A DNA stretch of 64,000 bases from Chlorokybus atmophyticus (GCA_009103225.1 RHPI01001715.1:263261-327260); one strand, 5' to 3'; counted from the stretch's first letter, positions 25,072-38,044 are shown. The notes: generated from the letters alone by a model not told the origin. Made by a program: numbers and translations.

Positions 25072-25209
25072 TAGCCAATGAGAGGCAGGCGGGCTGCTCG
25101 GCATGCGCGGCAAGCATGCAGTCTCCGGTGCCGTGTGTGATGGCCCTCAGTGCGCGTGATGTGTCTTTGTGCCCTAATGCCGGCCTCCCGGCCGGCATGC
25201 CGGCCCAAT
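25072..25209. repeat. GC-rich imperfect direct repeat, copy 2
   Basis: Aligns by eye to 23655-23779. Confidence 0.85.
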
Positions 25210-25579
25210 CCCGCCCAATCAGCCGCACCGCTAGTTGGATGCTATTTAACACAGCTTCTGTCAGTATAACATTATGAATTGCAAGTATTAGCATAAAATT
25301 TCAGTTTAAGATGCTACATACATTATCATCTTTTTCATTATGCTCACCGCAAGCGCCTTGCCCCTAGATCCGACGGGTTTACAGCGCTTCTCGCGACACG
25401 CGGTCGTGAGAAGCGGACGTTGATTGCGCAGCATGAATAGTGACTCTCTTAATTGATGGATTTGCGCGGACTAAAAGTCGTTGCGTAATTAAGGGGCTTT
25501 ACCATGCCTCGCCCCTGTCGGACAGCTTTCCTTGCTTAAGTTGTTAGGCGCCCTTAGTCAATAGATCAGCGCGTGCATA

Positions 25580-25985
25580 TAAATATGTATGTATGTATAA
25601 CACATGTATATATAAGGATATATAAATATGCATATACATATATATGCATATATATATATATATATATATATGCAATACATGTAACACTTAATATTACAAT
25701 ATCGATACATGTATGCAATATACCATGATTACGATAATAGAATTATAAGTTCGTACATAAATATACACATATATATATATGTGCATATGCATATATATAT
25801 TTGTATAATAGAAATTAACGCTAACATATAGAAAGTATAAGTGTATATATCTAAATAATATACATAAGAAAAGGTATATATATATAATATGATGTGTAGC
25901 TATAGATAGAGCTATAGAAGATAACATTATAATAATAACGTACCTAGTGTATGCATAATACATCAATTGTGTATATGTATGTGAG
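25580..25985. repeat. Degenerate (TA)n/AT-rich simple-sequence tract
   Basis: Directly visible TATA/ATAT runs. Confidence 0.85.
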
Positions 25986-28083
25986 GTTGTATCAGTTTTG
26001 TCATGCGGCGTCAAATGCACATGCTGTGCTCATTTTTACATGCTATATCAGAGCGGTTAGGGATGTTTGTTGCATGGCCACGATCCACTAAAAATATATC
26101 AAAAACGGTGTCAGCTTCGACGCTCACATCCGGGCCAATCAGAAATCAAGGGTGCAACCCGGCTGTCGTTATGTGATTAACGGGATAAACGTTGGCTTGC
26201 GCTGAGCATCATCGCTAATATATATTTACACCAACAGTTAGACCGCGCGAGGGGCTTCTCCCTGCCACTCATCTTGCAAGTCGTGTCCCTGCTTTAGCGA
26301 GGTTGATCATGGTGTGTCGTGTCGAATCCTCGAGGAAGCCACCAGAAATTTGTAAAATTATGGCCGGCGATGTCCGAGAGTGTCGCGTTTTGTCGTGCGG
26401 TGGGTCTTCAACTTTTTTATTGACTTGCGTGGACCCGACCGGAATACTAAGCCTCTGGCTTGGTTGCAAATGCTGCAATGTCGATGGTGTTCCGGCAAAG
26501 TCCGCATGCTGCCAACAAAAAGTGTTTTAACGAAAGTTGCTATATTAAATTACTTAATTATAAACAGTCCGTGCATGTCCGCGCGACAAATGGCGTATGT
26601 CAATGGCCCAGCTGATTAGGCTAGACACCGCCAGGCCACGCCGCTGAGCTTAACGCAAAGATCAGGCCAGCAGGCGGCGACCTCTCTGTCGTCTCTGAGA
26701 GGTCACAGAGGACCTCCCAACACGTTGCCGTCCCCTCTAGTGCCTTTGCCAGACCAAGCCACGCCGCTTGCGGCCTGGTGGTTAGTGCACACAAATGGCG
26801 CTACCACGGCCGGCGCTGTTTAGCTGGTTGGCTCCAGCGCCATCGCATCAGTATACTCAACATTTATAGATGCCGCCATCGCCACTCCTTGTAGCACCCA
26901 ACGACGCAAAGTCAAAAGCTGACGGTGGCCCGGAATGTCCGCATGGACACGACCAGCCTCCAAGAGTGGAGGCTGAATTCATATACAATCCATTAAATGC
27001 ATGCCCGCGTCGTATCCGCGCGGTAGCTCTCGAAATTTCGCTTTTCGACAAGCCACATTCGTGTGCTATCCGCAAAAACAGCCCTTGCACTACGCCGGTC
27101 ACGCCGCATCCTGTGGCAACTACCGAACTACGCTGCTGGTGGACCGGCGAATCCACGCGACATGACAAGCCACGCCACTTCGACTCAAAGGGAACCCCTC
27201 AAACTCGCGCCCTATCGCACGCTATCAATACAGCCATTTTTGCAAGATGAAACCCCTTCGCTCGGTCCAGCTGCTAATGTTGATATGAATCTGTTTTTAA
27301 TACATGAAATCAACCTCCCCATAATATAAGTGGTGGAATTAAGCGTTGCAATAAAATGATTGTGCATTGCTTAAATGCAAAATACTGATGTTTGTAACCA
27401 TGCAACCGTTGTGACAACAATATGGTGAATTGGAGGGGCCTCAAGTCACATCCAGTCAAGGACGTTGTTGATTAGCAACAGCTGTCAACCATTGCCCTGA
27501 TGGGTGTAATAGGTTGCAATAACATATTGTAACAATTGATAATAAGGTAGCAACAGTAGTTCATGTTCATGTTGTGCCACTCATTGTGCTCAACTCAATC
27601 ATCACACGTATCACGAGCCCAAATCATTGCGTTGTACCTTGATGACCAACGCACAACCGTACTTCAGCTGCGCTTGGAGTCTACGGCACAGACTGTGTGC
27701 CGCACAATTACAGCCTCCATAGACTCGGCGGCTTCGAGAGCACGCACAAAGTTGACTTCTGAGTCAGGACCCCCGAATCCCGCGCAGGTTCCAGGAGCCC
27801 GCTTCCATGCCGCCATGCCTCGGCTCGCAGCATAATTCCACGGAAAGTGCAAAGCATGCGCAGGAAAGCGTCACCATCCGTCGTTGTAGCTCACAGAATG
27901 ATGATTTGTGTATGATGATCCATTGCTTAGACAACGTCAGAGAGGAAGGTGGGTCAAGCGCTCGACCACACGCATGCGCGCCGTCCAAGTGATGCGAGCT
28001 TGCATAGCGGCGTGCGTGGTTATGCCTTTCGCGCATGTGGCGCATAACTTCGCTTTGGTCAGCAACGCGATGAGCTATTGCCA

Positions 28084-30336
28084 ATGACGGCGGCTACCTT
28101 GCGCCTGATGGCGCCGATGCCGCTGTTACTGGCGGCAGCGTTGCTACTGCTGCTGGCCACCCAAGCCGCCGCTCAGTATGCCACACTCAGGTGACTGGGC
28201 CTGATGGGCGCTGGTGGTGCTGGTGCTAACAGCATCTTGGTGTAGCTGTAGTTGCTGTCAGTTGTGATATTATTGTTGTTCTTCTTCTTCTTCTTCTTCT
28301 TCTTCTTCTTGTTGATGGTCGTGGTGCTGTTGTTTGCCAGAGCTGTTGTGCATGTCAAGCCCGTGTGCATGTCAAGCCCGACTCGCTGCGAATCAGCGCG
28401 GGCTTTGCATGCACGGCAGCCCTGGCAGCCAAAACGCCACTTGTCACGAGTGACGCTGGCTGGCTGGCTGGCTCTCAACGCTCTAACTTGTTGTGCACTG
28501 CTTTACCACAATGCAGGGGCTGCGTCTACTGCGACACCTGCAACAACGGTAAGAGCCTAAACTACTACTCGCCTCACTCTTCTTTCTCAGAACCACTCCT
28601 ACACGCATGAAAGACACCAACTTCCTACAACTATCCAACTCTGTTTCAACTGTTGCTTGATGCTTCTACAGGTGTTTTTGATGGCCAGGTGGACACTCCC
28701 TTAAGCGGCGTCTCTCTCCTCATCCAATGCAAGACCACTGATGGTCAGGTGACTTCTCTCTCTGTCGACACGGGTCCCGACAGCTGTTTCGAGGTCTCGG
28801 GCGTCCCGACGGTGGAGTCGTACCAGGCGGAGGGACGGACGTACCAGTCTTGCAGCGTACGGACGCAGAGCGCTAACGGGAACGCGTGTGGAGTGGCGTC
28901 CACAAAGAGATGTGGGATGGAAGTGATGTTTGCGGGAGAGAAGGCACTGCATGCGGAGCAGATACAGTCGGTGAGTGCATTAGCAATACACACACGCGTG
29001 CACACACGCACACACTGGCGCGCACACGTTTGCGCACGCACAGGCACGCCCACGCGCACAGGAGCATGCATGCACCTGTGAACATGCGTGTATCAGTGCA
29101 TGCACGCAATGCAGGCATGTGCGCGAGCGTACGGCCGTGTGTTTGGCGTCAGTGCACATGCACCAATGCTCATGACGTGTTGTTCCACAGGTACCTCTTC
29201 CCAGCTTTTGCTTCAGGCCTTCAACTATCCCTGACAGCTGCAACCCACCTCCACCTCCTCCCTCGCCATCCCCTCCTTCACCATCTTCTCCCCCACCATC
29301 ACCTTCACCTCCTCCTCCCTCTCCTTCTCCCCCTCCTCCACGACGTCCACCACCACTTTCATCCCCTCCACCCGTCAGAAGCCCTCCACCTACTCCATCT
29401 CCACCACCACCTTCACAACCTCCCTCGCCTTCTCCTCCATCTCCACGGTCTCCACCGCCACCACTGCCACCTCCTTCTCCCTCTCCTCCACCTCCGCGAT
29501 CTTCTCCACCACCTCCATCCCCTTCCCCTCCTCCTCCACCCTCACCCTCACCTCCTCCTTCTCCACCACCGCCACGGACCCCACGACCTCCCCCACCACC
29601 ACCTCGTTCTCCTTCACCACCACCTCCACGACCGCCGCCACCACCTCCATCCCCTCCTCCACCTCGTCCCCCACCACCACCTCCTTCTCCCTCGCCTCCC
29701 CCTCCCTCCTCCTCCNCCCCCCTCTCCTCCACCTCCTCCCTTCACCTTTACTGGCCCCCACCCCGAGCTCAACCGCGTGCAGTCGTGCTCTCCCGCCACG
29801 TGGCGCGACTCCCTCTACGCTTGCAAGTGGCCACCCGGTTACACTTACGGCTCCACAACAATTCCTCAAGCCTTCCGATGCACGGCTTTGACTGATATCA
29901 CTTGTTTCACACGGTTGGTGTTGAGACCAGGTGGACCCGCCGTCACGCAGACACTCAGCGGGGCTGCCGGGAGCAATAGTGATGAGTTTATCAGATATGC
30001 GGCCACGGCGTTGTTGAATGCAGCAAGGGGGTTGACGCCAGAGAATCGTGCATCGGGTGTGAATGTGTACCCATACTCGGTGGCGCAAGTCATCGCGCAG
30101 TTCAAGAGCGCACTCGGGAATGCTGCGGCTGAAAGGGATGCGAGGAACTTCTGGCAATGCTCCTTTACGGTGGGTGTTTTGAGAATAAAGTGTTTGTGTG
30201 GTGTTGGGTGGGGTGTTTGATCTCTCGTGCGGTCAGACTGACTTGTGCGTGTATGTGTGCGTGTGCGCAGCCGGGACCCGCGGGCAGCATCCCACAATGT
30301 TACAGCGAGTTTTGCAATATTGGTAGCTGTCAGTGA
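28084..30336 (+). CDS. Secreted Pollen Ole e1 + extensin-like (SPn) + PDF1-like C-terminal domain cell-wall protein; 5 exons
   Basis: Signal peptide, then GCVYCDTC...PLSGVSLLIQCK...T...C (Ole e1 pattern), ~160 aa of SP2-5 repeats, and RYAATALLNA...YPYSVAQVIAQFKSALGNAAAERDARNF (PDF1-like). Exons ~28084-28189, 28517-28546, 28672-28971, 29191-30169, 30271-30336. Confidence 0.85.
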
Positions 30337-31160
30337 TGAGTTATGATGTGATGATGCAATCTGGTTGATGAGCGTAGCGTTGTGGTTTTGACCTAGGGAT
30401 AGACTTTGGTTAAAGTATTATAGTGGCTGTTCAGCCAGGGATGACAACTTTGTATTATGGTAGAGACTGGTGAAGATCACGACAGCCTTGCGTTGCTGCC
30501 ACAAATCAGTGAATGTGAAGGGTGATAGACATAGACATACTGCGGCCTACCCTCGTATGCAATGATAACAAGTGCATACGCCAAACGATGCCAATGTAGT
30601 CCTGTTGAGTCAAACGAAATGCTGTATCTACAGCCTAACAACCACTACTGTTACACCCACAACTGGTTCTTCGTCATGTGCAAACCCAGCAGCCTGGTCA
30701 GCCCACATCGCGACGTGCGACAGCCTTGACATCAATTAAAACACATTGCACACAACTGGCACTATTGTTCATGCAGCAACTCAGCAGCCTGAAAGCATGA
30801 GGTATCATGGAGTAGCCAATAGCAAAGGCAGTAGCGATGGTGGATGCGCAGCACACCACTTGCTGATAGGCAGTAGCTGAACAAGTCAGCAAAATAGATT
30901 GCTGTGAGTTGCATACAACATGTTGCGTTACTGCATAGTTGAAACAAGTACGCGCGAACCCCAAACCTTGCCAACACAAATGGCAACCATGCATGGCACA
31001 GCTTACTACTAAGTAGATGCAGACTGGCCGCAGTACACAAACGTGCGGTGCACTGCACTCAACAGGAGTGTACTGTGAGCACAAACTCACAGCGCTGTAT
31101 CCACAAAACACTTGCAACTTACACTGGCAGTCTACATTATGTACAAGACCAGGGAGGTGA

Positions 31161-32798
31161 CTACAAAGACCTGTGGTGAGAGCCCAAGGGTCCAGATCCA
31201 GATTTAGGAAGCGATCCAGATCCGGATCTGCTCGTCAAACTTGACCCAGATCCGGATCCCCCGCCCCCGTGCACAAGATACGGCGCATTGGGGGATTTGA
31301 CCACAATCACGGGACACGGCGCGTACAGCAAAACCTGCTCGGCGAGAGTCTGCTTCCGCCCCACCACCATGCTCACCAAAGACCTGAATACGAGCATGTG
31401 TGTGCATGTCCATAACCACAAGCATGTGCGTATGCATTCGCGTGTACACCTGTGTGTGTAAAATGTATGAACATGACTGCGCTTGCACAACTTGGTATGC
31501 GCACGCGCATGTGCATGTGTGCATGTGCTCATGCATGTGCAAATGTGGATGTTTACGGTTACGTAGTGAAGCCTTACCATGATGGCTTTGTAATGTCCTG
31601 GCCGCCAACAATAATCAAGTCCACGCAGAGGCGCTCCGCCGCATGACAGATAGCTTCGTAGGGCTCCCCGTCAAGGTTCTCTTGGATGAAAGGAACCTGC
31701 ACATCGACGCTATGTGTTGACAATACCAAAGGCAGCTGGCAGTGATCAACCTACAGACAAGCATGACCAGTAAGGGGGGAGTACTGACCTGGGCTTCTTG
31801 CAACAGCTTGCCAATTTCGCTCAGATGAAACTTGCGCGCCTCACGCGGGTCCTCACGGCCCCACAGTGCACGCTCTGGCCAACAACAGTACGGGTCAAGC
31901 ACGAGGCGCACGTGCAAACAACGATGTTTCTCTCAAATAGGAACAACCCAACAGCAGGACCCCCCCCCCCCCCCCCCNNNNNNNNNNNNNNNNNNNNNNN
32001 NNNNNNNNNNNNNNNNNNNNNNNNNNNNNNNNNNNNNNNNNNNNNNNNNNNNNNNNNNNNNNNNNNNNNCCCCCCCCCCCCCCCCCCCCCCCGCAGTAAC
32101 TGTCTAGTAACACATGCAAAGCCTGACCAATGGAATCCTGCATGCAGAAAGCATGAAACACGTAACAAGACAAATCGTTCGTGATAAAGTCGTCCGCTTC
32201 GGTGTGAGACAGCACAAAAAACATCGTGGTTATGCACAAAGCGGCTGTGTGATCTTCGACCGTGTCTGCAAACACCAACTCGACGAGCTAACAGCCTCCT
32301 CAAAGCTAGTCAGCATGCAGCTAGCTGGCTGAGCAGCTCAGAGAAGCGGCTGCGCCAGTTAGGCGAGTTGTAACTGTAAGAGCAGAGCTCCACGGCAGTT
32401 TCTAACTTTAAAGCCAAGATAAAAAGCAGCTGTAGGATCCGACCCTACCTTGCTCTTCCGTAAAGCTAGAACTACAATACAACTCAAACACCATAACTGG
32501 CTTGATGTTGTTAGCCAGAGGCAAGAAGGGGCTGTCTCAGCAAAAGGCTGCCACTGTGCTATCCCAAACACATTGCTCACAATGTGTTTAGGATAGCACT
32601 ACACCAAGCATGTGAACGGTTATGGACATCCTCACCCCGTATCTCCCCGCGGTGTATGACGTTAGGCGACGCGTCCTGCGCATGGGCGACGTACACCTTG
32701 TCCCCCTGCCGGATGTGGTTCGCCAGCGCCCAACGCAGAGTCGGCCCGTCACCCGCGTCGCCTCGCACAGCGATTAACACCTTCCGAGTTCCCGACAT
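31161..32798 (-). CDS. Universal stress protein (UspA domain); about 5 exons, one internal exon uncertain
   Basis: RKVLIAV...ALRWA-like TLRWALANH...DKVYVAH, GEPYEAICHAAERLCVDLIIVGG, and LAEQVLLYAPCPVIVVK followed by a GS-rich tail. Confidence 0.85.
31978..32069. other. Assembly gap (Ns) flanked by poly-C, inside a USP intron
   Basis: Run of N. Confidence 0.99.
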
Positions 32799-35497
32799 GA
32801 CGCGCCGACCACCACCGCCGCCTCTGCTGCCGCCGCCGCCGTCGCCTTGGTGATGGTGCCGTGTGCACCGAGGGGGGTGCCTCAGCCAACTTGGCTCGGC
32901 TGCCAACAATCGCCACGTGGCTGAAGTCTGGGGAATCTGGCAGCGCTGCGGGTTACGAGGACACTGACTTGCAGTTGCATGTTGTCCAGGCCTGCATGCA
33001 AGTCAAGTTGACACGGTGCATCACCTTACGGACATGATTGTTTTGTTGATATAGTAGTCCGCATTTCTTAAATATTTGCTCCTCTGTTCAGAGTAGGCTG
33101 TTCATCAACTTGGGTTTGTTGAGTCAATTGGAAAACTGCATATGTTACGGGCACGTGCATCTCTAAACCCAAAAGCAAATGCCGGTTGTAATGCGTAATA
33201 CATACACTCTATGCTTGTGTGAATGTTATAAATACAACCTAGATAACAATTGCATAATACTATGAGCATGCGGCAAACCTTAATTGAACCTTAAAAAGCG
33301 CATAAAATTGCCGTAACGTGTCCTTAAAATCGTTAGTCACAACATTGGATACGAGAAAACCCACTTACAAGTTATGCAAAATGTTTGCCGTACTTAACGT
33401 TAAAATTGCGTAAAGCTTTCGCTTAAAGTTTACGTTGACTCTTGAATTATAGAAAATTCACAACCCCGCGAATTGTAATCGCCTGTTTTTGCTATGTAAA
33501 ATATGTTCGAGATGTGTTCGTCGGCATGAACAATGTACAACCGCTTTTAATAAAATGTTGCATTATAAATGTACATGTCTTACAATGTCCATGTTGCAAC
33601 TTCGAGCAGTACCAAAAAGCTCACGAAGTCTCAACACCGCCAAGCATCATGATCATGACGCACCTTGCATGAGCTACATTTGGTAAGCGATATTACGGTG
33701 AGTTAAGCGAAGTAAACTTGGTCGTAGCTTCACAAACATTATGCACTATATAAAACTACGCACAATCAAGATCACATTTACAAGGAACCAATGCAACATG
33801 GCACTCGTGGTCGTGCGTATATGTAGGCATTACCTTGGACTGATGTAGCTACTGAACTTAGTGAACTCCGCATGCGCAGGTGAGTGGCTTCACCTACATC
33901 TTGAAATGCAGCAGTGCTGCCTTATACTCACGTGAGGTTAGAACAAGATTGTAGCTGTCAACGCTTTGTGTACCAAGAAGTGGAGGGTGATGCGCACATG
34001 CGTCAACATTACATCACACACAATGCACTGCTTGAGACTTATGTGCACACCATGCAGCAGTACAAGCAGGGATGTGACCACTAAATTGCACTCAGTTTAA
34101 ACCAACCACCTCAGCTACTGCTACCCATATCGCTACACCCCGTCAGTCAGTCTTGCAGGCTGAGCAGCCACACGCTGTGTTATCATTTGCACCAACACGC
34201 TAGGTTAGCGTCCGCAACGACAGAAACGACAGCAGAGTGAAACACTAGGCGCATTCCTCCCCTCTTCCCTATGCCCCCTGCCTCCTGTTCTCCCACGCTC
34301 CCACGCTCCTCCCCTATGCTTCTCCCCATCCGCTCGTCTCCCCCTCAGCTGCATCGTTGCTGCCCTTGAGGTCCCACACCCTAGCTGCTCGCTGGCTGGC
34401 GCGAGGTCCCTCCCCTTAGCTTGCAGCGCCGATGCGCAGGGAGGGTCCCTGGCTGCACAGCCGCGCGGTCTGTGCCATCATGCGCAGTGCAGTGCCATTG
34501 CAGTAGTGGTGGTGGCGGGAGAGAGAGAGAGAGGGAGAGAGAGAGAGAGAGAGGCACGTTTGCAAACATGCATGCACGCCACTGTACTGAGAAACCATGA
34601 GTCCTGTTCAACATGAGGGGCAAAGTGTCCAGCGGCACTGATGTGTCGTGTGAAGCGCATCAAAAGCGGCCTCGGTGCAGTGCATGCAACTTGAAGAGCA
34701 AGTGTGTTGAGGTGCAGGCAAAGTCTCTTTGGACATGCGGCACAAAGAACGCACCGAGTCCAAGCAGCAGGTGGCTCCAGCAGGTTACCTTGCTGCTTCA
34801 ATGCTGAGTTACACGTGTGCTAACCTATTACAAGGGTACGCCCACCATCTTGTCATTCTGATCAAGTAGGCAAATTCCACCAAAGAGCTGAGCTTTTGTC
34901 GCCACTTAACACACTTGCTCTTGCATGCACTGCACCGAGGCCGCTTTTTATGCGCTTCTCACGACACATCAGTGCCACCGGACACTTTTTCCTCAAGCAG
35001 CTTTTATGCCATTTTCATGCAATGCAGTATATGTACCGTATATACCTGTAAGGACCCTTTTGCTTGGCTTGCTTGCGTCTTTTCATTGTGACAGGCGCTA
35101 GATGAGTACAGTGTAGTATGCCTGCTCATACTGTACGTGGCTGCATGGTAACTGCAACGACGAGGCTCAGCCAAGCCAGGCATAGTCAAGGCGTCGTGGT
35201 GCCAGCTGTGGTACAGCATAAGTACCAATATGCGAACCGTGCATGCCACACCGTGCCATCAACATCACCTTTAGCCATGTAGCAGCAGCAGGCGGCGCAG
35301 CCTGCGGCTACGTCATTCGCAGCCAAAGCTATTTGCCACTTGCAAGTCAAGCCGTGCCGTGCACTTTTATGTTCCGTCCGCTATACAGAGTGCACACACA
35401 TCACGTGCAATGCAACGCCACTGGAGCATGGCACGGCACCCCAGTCTACAGTCTCAGTCTCTCTCTCTCTCCCTCTGCACAGAAGTACTTTGCGCTT

Positions 35498-36079
35498 ATG
35501 ATGGCGCCGCTAACACTGACCACCATTGGTGAGTGAATGTTGTTGGGTTGTTATTCGTCACTGAGTGTCAGCATTTAACATTGCATGCCATAATAAACCA
35601 ATGAAATGAAATGTGGGTTCCGTGTCTGATTTGCATGTGCTTGTGGTTCCGTACCAACTGGGTTGCTGACTCTCTTTTTGTCTGTATGTGCATGTCTGTG
35701 TGTACAGGACCTTCTCACTGCGAAAAGGTATGATAATGCGTGTCTTTCACAACCGGAGTGCCCATCACACATGCAATATGAGAGTTAGCATTCTTTACAA
35801 ACCCTACACGTTCATCTGCTTGTCAAATGCGAGCTGGACTAATCTTTCCGATTGCAAAACCTTCGCTACGTTGTATTGTCATTGACCACAAAAAACAAAC
35901 CAGTTGTGCTGAATCTCATGCGTTCAGCTCAACATCCAACTTAACGATAAGTTGTTTCTTAACGCAATCAACACCCAACAAGGCCAGGTGGGCGCTCCAG
36001 CGCAATGGCATCGAGTTTCATGAAGTCCGGCATGTGCCCATATGCCACTTCCCTTTCACCAAGCAAGCCTATACATGTG

Positions 36080-36124
<45 letters not shown>

Positions 36125-37079
36125 ACAACAACAACAACAACATATGGGGCTGTGGTGGAACGGGCAAGACATCGACGCCGAAGCTGGTGATAGACTCCAA
36201 CAGCACCATCAAAAAGTCTGCCGACATAGTCCGCTACATCGATGATGTAGGTTGCAAGCGTGAAGGCAATATTAACGACAATGACGATAATAGATGCCTG
36301 TTTCCTGCTGCTAAAGAAGCCGATATCAACGAGCTCGGTAAAGACAACTCGGGGGGGTATGCTACGACTAAGTGCATGCTTTGTTACATTGTGTTGGTAG
36401 TGGAGTACTTTGACAAGATGTTGGGAGTTCATATGAAGCGAATGGTATACTGGCACGTGCTGTACCTGCCGCTGGCGTACAAGATGTTGTCCAACGGTGA
36501 ACGATGTATGTGTGCGCATGGTCTCTGTGCGCACACATACAACAACATGCGCTTGCGCACACACGCATGCACAAACACCATACATGCAAGCGCGTATTAA
36601 TTCAGCCTAGTACACTGTTGTAATAACAAAGTGTTATAATAACAAAGTGCTGTTTATACGAGATTATCACTCCAACGTGACATGACTTTTTTCTCACTAC
36701 ATGAAGGTGTCGGTCACTTGGAGAGGTCATTTCTTTGGATTACGTGGCCACATATTAGAACGGCCCTCGCAAAGAGGTAGAAGCTCAGCGAAGAGTTTTA
36801 CCTGACATCCAAAAAAGGAGTGGACGACGTCTTCGCTAAGGTGGGCGTTTTGTGTGAACACAGTATTACACAAGTCCAAGAGATTGAACACATTGTGTAT
36901 ATGTACGCTATGGTGCACATGTAGCACAGCCGCGCGTTCATGCGCACGCACGCACGCACACACACACACAGTCATCTCCTTCAGGTGGAGGCCCTTCTGT
37001 CCGATGGGCGACAGTACCTCACAGGCGACACATTTACGGCCGCAGACTTGACATTGGCTTCGCTGGCAGCACTTATGAT
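35498..37079 (+). pseudogene. GST-like gene copy A, decayed and 3'-truncated
   Basis: LTLTTIG|PSH-CEK|ARWALQRNGI...HVP...TPKLV...DIVRYID...EYFDKMLG...|VEALLSDGRQYLTGDTFTAADLTLASLAAL. Lesions: in-frame TAG at 36778-36780, a 3-nt deletion in SHYCEK, no AG acceptor before 36143, and homology ending at ~37079. Confidence 0.8.
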
Positions 37080-37154
37080 GTACGCACACACGTATACACG
37101 TGCACACACATTTGCACGCACATGCACGTGTACAACATTCCACCCTCAAACAGA

Positions 37155-37690
37155 CACCACCTAACTTGTCGAGCGCAACGGTTGGCACCCCTCCCGCCGC
37201 GCAACCCACGACACCACGTACGGCGAGTGCTCCAGCAGCGACGGCAGCACCGCCAGCGTGCCCCTCTCCCTCAACACCCTCAACGCGCTCGCTCGCGGCA
37301 GCGAGTGGTGCATCCTTATCGGCCATTTGGTAACATTCCCACCCAGATGTTGTGTCACGTACGCAGTAGAGCGGTTATCCGCCTTGTCTCTACCAACAAA
37401 TAACACCTTATAAGGTGGACACGGCCACGGTATCTCACGCAAGGCTTTGATGACTAGGTAGAGTCTCTTTCTCGTTCGAGGCGGGAGAAGAAGATGAGGC
37501 GCCACACGGGCGAGGCGTGGCGCATGATGACTTGGGTGGAGTGGTGATGGTGATGTATGTTTGTTGTGTCGATGTTGGGTATGACGTGGGAGTTGCGGGG
37601 TGGCCCGCCGCGCTGGCGGAGGAAGGTGAGCATGTGTTCGGAGGGGGAGATGACGGCGTCGCCGCGCTCGAGATAGTAGCAGTAGCAGTC
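37155..37690 (-). pseudogene. Isolated decayed copy of exon 3 of the glycosyltransferase at 49397-54706
   Basis: Translates to AVISPSEHMLTFLRQRG...VWRLIFFSRLE...LPSLLEHSPYVV, near-identical in protein to 53204-52658, but frameshifted near the start (deletion in RLERRKG) and at ~37215. Confidence 0.85.
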
Positions 37691-38044
37691 CAATGCCCGC
37701 AGTTGCGTTGCAATGATTGTAGAAGTGCTTGTTTGCAACCATGGTATGGCATGTGCGCACGGAATGCCTGCATGCGGGAGCACTGAATGATGTATGCATA
37801 GTGTTGCACATTTGCAGTCTGATGCCTACGTGTTGTGCGATAGGTATACACAATCTCGCGCAGCATTACAATTCCAATTGGGGAGGCCACTCCGTCACAT
37901 TGCAAGACAACTGGCGATTATTGATGAGAACCATTGAGAAGCACTTCCTCGACGGTTCGGCTAGGCACACCAACTTTAAGAGCAATGCAGGAGACATTGA
38001 AAAGAGACGCGTGCATTCGGCAGGTCTACATGGAACACCAACTC

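Noticed and set aside
25391-25420. 13-bp hairpin as a Helitron 3' end
   Set aside because: It is not followed by CTRR at the expected distance, and no matching 5' TC end was identified.
28980-30157. Gly/Glu-rich minus-strand ORFs
   Set aside because: Reverse-complement readings of the Ser-Pro repeat exon.
36778-36780. Recoded stop (readthrough or alternative genetic code) in the GST copies
   Set aside because: Both copies have independent frameshifts or deletions, and neighbouring intact genes end in TAG, TGA and TAA, so ordinary pseudogenisation explains it.
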